Shown: positions 1 to 8,134 of the stretch, one piece after another
Layout of the letters: every line of letters begins with the position of its first letter
Position numbering within the stretch: position 1 is the stretch's first letter
Assembly (NCBI GenBank): GCA_964247445.1
Contig: CAXTUV010000001.1
Coordinates: 1 to 42,754 of the forward strand
Direction: 5' to 3'
Origin: an uncultured Acidobacteriaceae bacterium
Lineage (GTDB): Bacteria > Acidobacteriota > Terriglobia > Terriglobales > Acidobacteriaceae
DNA: 42,754 nucleotides
Notes under the pieces: generated by a model
The model's input: the letters and a program-made list of their open reading frames with translations, nothing else
The model's database searches: none
Told to the model about the DNA's origin: nothing
Position numbers and translations under genes: made by a program

Positions 1-1
1 C

Positions 2-493
2 CTCGCGCTCCTGCTCGTTTGCGGCCTGCGCCGGGCCGAGCTGGTGCGCCTCGACCTGGCAGATGTCCAGCAGCGGGACGCCCGCTGGGTGATCCCCGAC
101 CTGCTTGGCAAGGGCGGCCGGCTGCGCCTGGTCACCGTCCCGGCCGGGGTCAAGGCCCGCATCGACCTCTGGACCCGCGCCGCGGCGCTTACCGAAGGCC
201 GGCTGTTTCGGCCCGTGACCAAGAGCGGCCACCGGATCGGATCGGCCATCCGGGACGAGAAAGCCGTCTGGCGGCTGGTTGCGCGCTACGCGCGCGAGAC
301 CGAGCTCGGCAAGCTCGCCCCGCACGACCTCCGGCGCACCTGCGCCAAGCTGTGCAGAAAAGCAGGGGGAGATTTGGAACAGATCCAGCTGCTGCTTGGG
401 CATGCGTCCGTGCAGACGACGGAGCGCTACCTGGGAACAGAGCAGAACCTCGCCTCGGCGGTGAACGATGGATTGGGATTGGACCTGGGATGA
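2..493 (+). CDS. Tyrosine recombinase/integrase, C-terminal catalytic part (5' end outside window)
   Basis: The frame is open from base 2 (LALLLVCGLRRAEL). It has box I Arg (GLRRAE), GKGGR, HDLRRT, LLGHAS and the catalytic Tyr in TTERY. Confidence 0.92.
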   Translation, partial: LALLLVCGLRRAELVRLDLADVQQRDARWVIPDLLGKGGRLRLVTVPAGVKARIDLWTRAAALTEGRLFRPVTKSGHRIGSAIRDEKAVWRLVARYARETELGKLAPHDLRRTCAKLCRKAGGDLEQIQLLLGHASVQTTERYLGTEQNLASAVNDGLGLDLG

Positions 494-618
494 ACAAAGA
501 CGGGCCTAGGGAGCGGCTCGGCTGCGAGCTCCTGTCGCCTTCTAGCGAAGCTCACGCCGCTTGTGCGAAGACTTGACGGTCGCCCCGTCGCTGTTCTGCC
601 CTAGGATGGGGTGTGGGG

Positions 619-1638
619 ATGTCAGGAGAGCTCGACCAGGCAGAAAGTACTTCGGAGTTACTGGCGGCGTTACGCGGACTCATTCAAGGAGCGCGCCAAC
701 ATGCGCTGCGTGCCGTCGATTTCATTCAGGTGCAGACCTATTGGGAGATCGGCCGGCATATTGTCGAGTTTGAGCAGGGCGGAGCAGCGCGAGCGGAGTA
801 CGGCACCCGTCTTCTGCCCATCCTGGCACGTTCGCTCACCTCGGAGTTTGGACGAGGCTTCGATGTCTCAAATTTGCGCCACATGCGCATGTTCTTCCAG
901 CTGTTTCCAATTCGCGACGCACTGCGTCGCGAATTGAGTTGGACGCACTACCGGACATTGCTCCGAGTGGAGACTGACTCGGCTCGCCGCTGGTACATGG
1001 AGGAGGCGGCGCGTCAGAGCTGGTCCACCCGGGCTATGGAACGACAGATTGGCACTCTTTATTACGAGCGGCTCCTGTCCAGCCAAGATCGAGCTGCGGT
1101 CGAGCAGGAGGCGGGCGAGAGAATTACAGATGTTCAAACGCCTCGCGATTTTGTGCGGGATCCAGTGATGCTTGAGTTTCTGGGCCTACCAGGAGCGGGC
1201 AAGTTGCTGGAGGCGGACCTTGAGAAGGCGCTGCTCGACAACCTCCAGGCGTTTCTTCTAGAGCTTGGCCGAGGCTTCGCCTTCGTGGCACGGCAGCACA
1301 GGATCAGCACCGATTCTAAGGATTTCTACATCGACCTGGTTTTTTATAACTACCTACTTAAGTGTTTCGTGCTGATCGACCTGAAGTCCGGTGAGCTCAC
1401 CCATCAGGATATCGGTCAGATGGACATGTACGTCCGCATGGTTGATGCATTGAAGCGAGCGCCGGATGATAATCCCACAGTGGGCATCGTCCTTTGCACC
1501 CAAAAGGACGCTTCAGTTGTACGCTATTCCGTCCTTCATGAAAGCGAGCAGCTTTTTGCCAGCCGGTACAGATTGGTACTCCCATCCGAAGATGAATTGC
1601 GGGCTGAACTAGAGCGTGAACGAAAGGAGCTTTTCTAG
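619..1638 (+). CDS. DUF1016/YhcG-family PD-(D/E)XK nuclease-domain protein
   Basis: Motifs YWEIGRHIVEFEQGG, LSWTHYR, WSTR, FLLELGRGFAFVARQ, IDLVFYN, IDLK and GQMDMY are typical of YhcG. ATG at 619. Confidence 0.92.
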   Translation: MSGELDQAESTSELLAALRGLIQGARQHALRAVDFIQVQTYWEIGRHIVEFEQGGAARAEYGTRLLPILARSLTSEFGRGFDVSNLRHMRMFFQLFPIRDALRRELSWTHYRTLLRVETDSARRWYMEEAARQSWSTRAMERQIGTLYYERLLSSQDRAAVEQEAGERITDVQTPRDFVRDPVMLEFLGLPGAGKLLEADLEKALLDNLQAFLLELGRGFAFVARQHRISTDSKDFYIDLVFYNYLLKCFVLIDLKSGELTHQDIGQMDMYVRMVDALKRAPDDNPTVGIVLCTQKDASVVRYSVLHESEQLFASRYRLVLPSEDELRAELERERKELF

Positions 1639-1836
1639 AGCAGGGCTGGGTTGTGGACAGGAGACCCTTCACTAGGGATACTGCATGTTCAATCCTTTTC
1701 TTATGCAACTTATCCAACATGGCGAGATGAAGCCAAGCATTCCAGAGAAGCCGCAGCTTGATCACTCATACAAGTTGATCAGATGTGATGAAGCGGTAAG
1801 CCAGATTCAAAGTTTAAGTGACACTGACGCGAAAGC

Positions 1837-1863
1837 CTGCTTGCGGCAGCAACCTGCAAGCAG
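1837..1863 (-). terminator. Possible terminator hairpin after the MscS gene
   Basis: 8-bp stem CTGCTTGC...GCAAGCAG just past the stop at 1868. The U-tract is weak. Confidence 0.3.
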
Positions 1864-1867
1864 ATGC

Positions 1868-3898
1868 CTAGGTTTTCACAACGGCCCGCACAACAGGGGT
1901 GCCTTCGACAGCCTGCGAGATCGTCTGATTCGTTTTAAGCGCGCCCATGATCTTTTGCACGATGATCTCATCCGTTTCCGAGGCTTTTTCAAGCTTTACG
2001 GGGTAGAGAACGACGTACTGCATGCCGTCGGTAAGCTGGAGACGCGTTTCCACGCGAGGTGCCTTGATGGCTGTGTCGATCCAACCTTCGACCTGACGAT
2101 GCTGCGTCTCAATTTCCTGCCGGTACCCGGCATAGATGTCGGCGACAATGGCGCGGATGACGTCCAGGGCCGGCCCGTAGTCGGCCGCAGGCTTGAGATT
2201 CAAGGCGATCTCATGCCACGCGTACCCCGTACCCGGCAGCTGCTTGTAGAGCGGGGTGCCGGTCTGGAAAAGGACTGAGTTTGCGAAAACCGCCACACGC
2301 CCCGTGGGGTGCAGCTCCGTACCGCTGCCCGTCAGCTCAAGGAGGTAGAAGCGTACTAGGCCGACTTCGACCACCTCGCCCGTGACCCCGGCCACGGTGA
2401 CGCGGTCCCCAACACGGATGCCGTATCTACCGACGATGAAGAAGTAGGCGGCGACGGACAGAAGAATGGTTTGTAATCCGACCGCGATGCCCGCCGTAAT
2501 GAAGCCGGCAAAGGTGGCAAGCGAGCTGAACTGGGTGACAAACCCTAGGACAAGAACAAGGCCGCCGAGGAAGCCAACGGTCAGCCTGCGAATGAGAAGG
2601 ATTTGCCGCCGCCGCCGGACGTCCTTGACATAGCGTGTGGCGGCCTGCCGCCACACGGCACCCAAGCCCAAGATGATGCCGAGAGCGAGCGCGATGCCCG
2701 CGATGCGCAGCAGGAGCGCATGCAGGATGCTCGACTTTTCAGCGTCGACGCTGGCGCGCCAGGACAGCAGGGTTCCTTCAGCCTGCTCGACGGCGAGGAT
2801 TTCTTGGCTGAGCGGAATGGCGACATCGGAAAGGGTCGTAAAGGCGCTCGTGAGATCGCTGTACCTTTTGGATTTTGCGGCAAGTTCGGCGGGGGAGGAG
2901 CCGGTGTCCTCCTGGATGCCCTGCGTGGCCGCAAGCGTACTTACAAGTACTTTCGAGAGCGGCTGACGCAGTGCTTCCGCCTGCTCTTCGATCACATGGA
3001 GCTCCCGCGCGCGCTGCTCTATGGCGTTGCCTGCGGCTATGAGCTGGAACAGGATCGTTGTTTGATTGCTGACGCCCGCGTCGCGAAACGAACCGATGCT
3101 CTCGACGGTGCCGGCAATCGGCTTGTAATTGGCGCTGACGAGCTCCGGCGCGGAATGCTGTAGCTGATTGATCTCACCCTGTAGACCTGCGGCTCCACCC
3201 GTCGACGAAGTGACCACCTTTTGGAGTGCGGAAAGGATGGCGGTGTAGAGCTTGAGCTGGCCCTCGACGTCTCCTTTCTGGTCTTTGAGAGCGCCGCGTC
3301 GCGCTGGCTTCGCGGTGCGAATTTGCTGCTCAAGGGTAGTGTCCTGAGCTTCAAAGTCACTGATCTTGGCTGCCACGGCTCGCAGACGATCATTCACCTT
3401 GCCGGCTTCCGCGGACTCCTGGCCCGCGATTACACCTTTTGCCGATGGAATGCGGGCGAAAAAGCTTGCCTGTCCACGGGCTGCTTGGAAGGCGAGCTGG
3501 CCGATGCGGACGGCTTCGCCCTGCATCTGCTGGGCATAGAGCACATCGCTCGGTTCGCCCACTTTCTGTACAGGACTGACCGCCATGCGGAAATAGCGAA
3601 TCACCTCAGACAGATGGACGCGGATCAGCCGGCCTTCCGTTTGGGTATCGATGCCCTGAATTAGCCCGGGCGGAAAAGGAGCGGGCAGTCCGGCCAGTTT
3701 CGTCGCAGTAGTTTGCGAGGGTGCCGTGGGCTGGCCGGGAACAGAGCCGTCCGACGCTTGTGGAGAGGCGTCGGCGAGCGGCGTCGAGATCAGTTTGGTT
3801 TGGGCCGAAGCTGGAAGAGCAATGGATATGAGCGCTAAGCTCGCACAACCTACACAGGCCGGCGCAGCGAAGAATTGGACGAGGAGAGGTGTCCGCAA
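1868..3898 (-). CDS. MscS-family mechanosensitive channel with long N-terminal periplasmic coiled coil
   Basis: Signal peptide (ALPASAQ), long helical region, three TM segments, then AGIAVGLQ..L, IRVGDRVTVAGVTGEVVEVGL and FANS (MscS core). Confidence 0.88.
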   Translation of the reverse strand: MRTPLLVQFFAAPACVGCASLALISIALPASAQTKLISTPLADASPQASDGSVPGQPTAPSQTTATKLAGLPAPFPPGLIQGIDTQTEGRLIRVHLSEVIRYFRMAVSPVQKVGEPSDVLYAQQMQGEAVRIGQLAFQAARGQASFFARIPSAKGVIAGQESAEAGKVNDRLRAVAAKISDFEAQDTTLEQQIRTAKPARRGALKDQKGDVEGQLKLYTAILSALQKVVTSSTGGAAGLQGEINQLQHSAPELVSANYKPIAGTVESIGSFRDAGVSNQTTILFQLIAAGNAIEQRARELHVIEEQAEALRQPLSKVLVSTLAATQGIQEDTGSSPAELAAKSKRYSDLTSAFTTLSDVAIPLSQEILAVEQAEGTLLSWRASVDAEKSSILHALLLRIAGIALALGIILGLGAVWRQAATRYVKDVRRRRQILLIRRLTVGFLGGLVLVLGFVTQFSSLATFAGFITAGIAVGLQTILLSVAAYFFIVGRYGIRVGDRVTVAGVTGEVVEVGLVRFYLLELTGSGTELHPTGRVAVFANSVLFQTGTPLYKQLPGTGYAWHEIALNLKPAADYGPALDVIRAIVADIYAGYRQEIETQHRQVEGWIDTAIKAPRVETRLQLTDGMQYVVLYPVKLEKASETDEIIVQKIMGALKTNQTISQAVEGTPVVRAVVKT

Positions 3899-4056
3899 AG
3901 GAATCCTTTCGTGTGCAAGCAGCTTCCATCATGCCGCACAGCTTGCAGCCAGCTATGCTGTCGAAACTTCAAACTGGATTCGAAGCCGATCGGCAAGAAG
4001 TGCATTCTCCGCCGATCGGCACATTCATCGCAGTAGGCAGGGCCAGTTCCAGGGCG

Positions 4057-5082
4057 CTAGAGGATCCTGAACGGCGACGGTTGCGGTTCTATCGAGGGAA
4101 CGGGTCGGAAGCCCTCGCGCAGCCGCTTCCAGCTCTTGCCCAACCGATCCGAAGCTAAAAAGACGTGCCCGGCCGTGAGCGGACCGGCAAGCTTGTAGCG
4201 GCCTACCGCCGCCAAGCCCATCGAAGCAATGCACCCGCACCGGCCGCAGTCTGGGTCGCCGCCGAACTGGCAAGGTGTAATCCGGGTGCGGAGGTCAGCT
4301 GAAATCGTTTCCGTGGTTCTCGCGAAGATGCACTCCTCGGGGCTGCGCGGAGGCGAGGCGATCTCATCGATCACGGCATCCGGCATGTCGAGCACCGGGT
4401 ATTTGCGCCGGAGCCGGCGCAGCTCCTCGATTACCGCCGCGCGCTGCCCGGCGGTGAGTATCTCCGGGTCCTCGGCTCCGCGCTGGGGTGTGAAGAGGCT
4501 GAACCATACCTTGGCGATCTGCGGCCGCTGGCTCCAGAAGCTGAGGAAGTCATCGAGATAGCCGGGCCTGTCCGCGATCTGCGCCGTGACGGTGCAGTGG
4601 ATGGTGACCCGCGCGTCACGGATGCTCTTGAGGATGCGCTCGTAGGTGGCAGGCTTGCGCCGGGCGTCGTGCTCCGGCTGCAAGCCGTCGACCGACACCA
4701 CCACGTTCAGCTTCCGGAAATCCCGCCAGTGGCTTGGAATGACTCGGAATGCGCTTGTGACCACCTGCGTGTGGATGCCCCTGCTCTCGATCTCGGGCAG
4801 GAGCTGGTCCAGCTCGCGGTGGCGCACCAGCGGGTCGCCGCCGACCAGCGATACGTGGAGGGGCTTATGTTCGTCGATCACGCCCAGAACGCGGCGGACC
4901 AGCTCGGCTCCCTTGAAATCGGACAACTGCCGCAGCAGGGTGCCGCCTCCGAGGTGAGCGGCGTCGAAGGCGTAGCAGCCCGGGCAGCGCAGCGGGCACT
5001 CCTTGGTGATTTCAATGGACAGCGAGGGGGCGCGACCGGCCAGGATCGCAGCCCACGCGTGCAGCACTTCGAACTTCTTCAT
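4057..5082 (-). CDS. Radical SAM protein with C-terminal Cys cluster (twitch/SPASM-like)
   Basis: CPLRCPGC (CxxxCxxC), GGDPL, VSVDG and HDARR; C-terminal C..CQFGGDPDCGRCGC. ATG at 5082 with GGAG RBS. Confidence 0.9.
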   Translation of the reverse strand: MKKFEVLHAWAAILAGRAPSLSIEITKECPLRCPGCYAFDAAHLGGGTLLRQLSDFKGAELVRRVLGVIDEHKPLHVSLVGGDPLVRHRELDQLLPEIESRGIHTQVVTSAFRVIPSHWRDFRKLNVVVSVDGLQPEHDARRKPATYERILKSIRDARVTIHCTVTAQIADRPGYLDDFLSFWSQRPQIAKVWFSLFTPQRGAEDPEILTAGQRAAVIEELRRLRRKYPVLDMPDAVIDEIASPPRSPEECIFARTTETISADLRTRITPCQFGGDPDCGRCGCIASMGLAAVGRYKLAGPLTAGHVFLASDRLGKSWKRLREGFRPVPSIEPQPSPFRIL

Positions 5083-5175
5083 GATTTCTCCCGGGCAGCC
5101 ATGGGCTGCCCGCGGCGACAAGGGATCGCGTACCGGGCTGGAAGGCCCGGCAGTCGGCGTGTCGGCGGAAGGAGA

Positions 5176-5574
5176 TCAGATACGGAGGGGCGTGGCGCAA
5201 GCTTCAAGGGCGAGAGCCTGCTTCGGAGGGGCCCAAACCGGCAGGTCGCTCAGCAAGGCGCTGAGCGGCATACGCCCGGCTTGCCAAGCCTCGCGGGGCT
5301 TCCACACCGGCTCGCCAAGCAGCCGGTCGATCCTCTTGCGGCCCCATACGGCGGTGAGAAGGACCAGACATAACAGGGCAAGAACAACGAAAAAGGAAAG
5401 CTCGAAATCCTGTCCGCCGCGCGGAAAGTTGTCAAGCTCGACAAGGCTCTCGGTGACGGGAGACACCAGAGTGAGCAGCGCGGCCAGCGCAATCAGCAGC
5501 CGGCTCAGGACCTTGCACCAGTGCAGCGGCCGGTCGATGCACTGCTTGTTGCGTTGCGCTTGCGTTGCTCTCAC
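5176..5574 (-). CDS. Small two-TM membrane protein (GGQDFE loop, C-terminal PLRI); possible leader peptide
   Basis: Two hydrophobic helices flank DNFPRGGQDFE. It lies directly upstream of, and co-oriented with, the radical SAM gene. Start uncertain (GTG 5574). Confidence 0.6.
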   Translation of the reverse strand: MRATQAQRNKQCIDRPLHWCKVLSRLLIALAALLTLVSPVTESLVELDNFPRGGQDFELSFFVVLALLCLVLLTAVWGRKRIDRLLGEPVWKPREAWQAGRMPLSALLSDLPVWAPPKQALALEACATPLRI

Positions 5575-5856
5575 CTGATCGGAGTTTACGCTTTGGATAC
5601 CCGGCAAGGGAAAGTCTGGGTTGCCGATTAGGTAGCAGATCCTCTCTGACACCCAGTTCTCCACGCTTTGACCTAAACCTTCCGGTTTACAGATTCTGCT
5701 TCCTTGAAAGATGGAAGCTTCGGCCCATCTTCTTGAGCATTCCGAATCACGGGTCATGCTCTAGGCTCAGATTGATAGGAACAGCATGCAGGAAGTTCTG
5801 GTCAGAACAGCCCAAGCCAAGGTGAAGCTGAATCTCTGGAGGAAGCGCAGCCTGAA

Positions 5857-6509
5857 CGAACCGGCTTTCCAGCTCTTCAGCGGTGCGACCCCGCAGCTCG
5901 CCCACGGCGGCCACACCCAACTGCCGGAGCCGCTCCTCGGTGACCCTGCCCACGCCCGGGATGCGCCCCACGGGTAAAGGATCGAGAAAGGTCTCCACCT
6001 CGCTTGGCTGGATCACGAACAGCCCGTCCGGCTTGCGCCAGTCGGACGCTATCCTGGTCAGGAATTTGTTCGGGGCTACGCCGGCGGAGGCAGTCAGCCC
6101 GAGCTCCTCCCGGATCGCGCGCCGGACGGCTTGAGCGACGCGGGTGGCGGTGGGCAGGCCGGTCTTGTTCTCGGTTACGTCTAGGTAGGCCTCGTCAAGC
6201 GAGAGCGGCTCAATCAGGCTCGGTATGCCTGAGCAGGATGGCACGCACCTGGCGCGAGACGGCCTTGTAGCGGGGGAAGTCGGGAGCGAGGAAGGCCGCC
6301 TCGGGGCAGAGCCGCTCGGCCCGCAGCGCGGGCATGGCGGAGCGCACGCCGAAGCGCCTGGCCTCGTAGGAAGCCGCGCAAACGACGGAGCGGGGGCCGC
6401 GGTGCGCGACCACCACAGGCCTGCCGCGCAGCCCAGGGGCGTCGCGCTGCTCGACAGAGGCGTAGAAGGCGTCCATGTCGATGTGCACGATCTTGCGCGC
6501 GGGCTCCAT
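5857..6509 (-). pseudogene. dinB: DNA polymerase IV (Y-family) pseudogene, frameshifted and 3'-truncated
   Basis: [23 protein letters not shown]...[16 protein letters not shown] is in one frame. [15 protein letters not shown]...[24 protein letters not shown] is in another, with a +1 shift near 6217-6220. Similarity stops at about 5857, before the little-finger domain. Confidence 0.92.
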
Positions 6510-6565
6510 AGCGCGATTTTGCCGCTTTTGAGGGCAGGTCGCCCCTCCCAGAGCCGTCCAGCACG

Positions 6566-6752
6566 CCCAAAGGTATGCCTGAGAGGCATACCTTTGGGAA
6601 GGGCAGACTTACCTTATAGGCATACCCCTTTGCAACGGTGCCCAGCCCGGAAGCGCCATGTTTAGTCAGTAATTTCAGCCTTAAGCGCTTATGGACCGCC
6701 GCAAGGAGCAGCAGGCCGGCTTCCGAAACTTGCCTGGAAGGCATACCTTTGG
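6566..6752. promoter_or_regulatory. Perfect 15-bp inverted repeat plus additional AGGCATACC half-sites (putative protein-binding array)
   Basis: CCCAAAGGTATGCCT-gag-AGGCATACCTTTGGG at 6566-6598, AGGCATACC at 6618-6626 and AGGCATACCTTTGG at 6739-6752. Confidence 0.6.
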
Positions 6753-7071
6753 CCGGTAAGGCACCCGGTAAAAACGGGGATGGACCGTGCAACCGTAACC
6801 AGGCCGGCGCTTCGGAAGCGAAGCAGTATCTCGTACGGCTGGCTGACTCATCGCCAAGAGAAAGCGTAGATCCTAGGCCGGAAGCACCGGCACCTCGGCA
6901 CCTCGCTTCGCCCACCGTGGCTCTAAGTTCACATAAGAATAAAACTGGGCAGGGAAGTGAACACTCGGAGGCGCGCAAGTTCCGCACCGAGCGAAGGTTT
7001 ATATTTTTTGAAATCAGCGTTTCAGTGAGTACAAGGCCGGGAAAGAGCCTCAAGAGGTATAACAGTGACAC

Positions 7072-7353
7072 ATGCGCTTCGATTTCGATCCTGAGAAGAG
7101 CAGGCAGCTCAGAGCGAATCCCAAGCGAGGTGTCGGCTTTGAGGAAGCGCAGGCGCTCTTTGCATCGGTCCACATCACCGACCGGCGTTCAGACGATCCC
7201 GTGCAGTTCCGCGCTATCGGCTGGGTGGGTGGAACGCTGTACAGCGTGATCTATGAAGTGCGGCAGGACGAGGACGGCGAGTTCCACCACCTCGTGACTT
7301 TGTGGAAGGCAACGAATGAGGAAAGGAGCATGTATGCCGAAAATGTCGACTGA
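7072..7353 (+). CDS. brnT: BrnT-family ribonuclease toxin
   Basis: MRFDFDPEKS..LRANPKRGVGFEEAQALF, RAIGWV, VIYEVR and VTLWKATNEER. A TATAAC -10-like box at 7058-7063 suggests a near-leaderless transcript. Confidence 0.85.
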   Translation: MRFDFDPEKSRQLRANPKRGVGFEEAQALFASVHITDRRSDDPVQFRAIGWVGGTLYSVIYEVRQDEDGEFHHLVTLWKATNEERSMYAENVD

Positions 7354-7606
7354 ACCAGTGGGCGCTGAACAGATCGCCGAAATGGCGGATGAGGGCAAGG
7401 ACATTTCAGCGCACTTCACCAACCAGTTCACGGTTGTTCGGCCGGTCCAGCGGGTCAATGTGGACTTCACCGCACCGATGCTCAAGGAGCTGGATCGCGA
7501 AGCAGAAACGCTCAACATCAGCCGTCAAGCGGTCATCAAGACCATGCTCCGCGAAGCTCTCGATCGGCGTTACCTCGCGCAGCAGGCTCGCCAAAGCAGA
7601 GCATAA
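7334..7606 (+). CDS. BrnA/CopG-type ribbon-helix-helix antitoxin
   Basis: Overlaps the toxin stop and has an AGGAG RBS. RHH signature QRVNVDF..PML.ELDREA..LNISRQAVIK. Confidence 0.82.
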   Translation: MPKMSTEPVGAEQIAEMADEGKDISAHFTNQFTVVRPVQRVNVDFTAPMLKELDREAETLNISRQAVIKTMLREALDRRYLAQQARQSRA

Positions 7607-8134
7607 GATTGCTGCTGAAAAGCTCCGCCCAAAAAGGGATGAACGCGAGGTTTAATTCTGACAGTGGCTTGTGAACGCTTTACGGCCAGTTTGCGCCAGC
7701 AATTTGCAGGTGCTGCAAGAACGCTCATGAACGGTCGTTTGTGAAGGGCTGAAAAGAGCGCCACGATAACGAAAGCGACTTACGGCGAAAGGACTACAAG
7801 GAGGGATAAAGGTCGGCGCTCCTCCTGCTTTCGTTCAAGAATGCAATCGGGCCGGTTTACCCCGGCAGATGTCCTGTTTGGCGAACCGGCACCTCTGTGC
7901 TAAAACCGTGTCTATGGCAGACGCCCTCTTCTCCTGTTGTTTGTGTTGTTGCCGCTGACGCGTTTTCCCGCGTACACGCAACTACTGAGAGAGGTTCCTG
8001 TCCCCGCAGCTTTAACGGCTGAAGCATCCTAAGTCCACTTTGCTTCTGTCCGACCTGGAACACTTCTCTTGGATCTGCGCGCACGCCTGGGCTGCTTTCG
8101 GCAGCATGGAAGGTGAACCGCATCTGGAGTTCCC

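Noticed and set aside
6222-6233. Extra GGTATGCCTGAG copy matching the upstream palindrome
   Set aside because: It lies inside dinB coding sequence (LRHT) and is probably coincidental.
6214-7249. ORFs 6214-7173 (-) and 6638-7249 (+)
   Set aside because: They overlap dinB and brnT in other frames and have no recognisable protein features.
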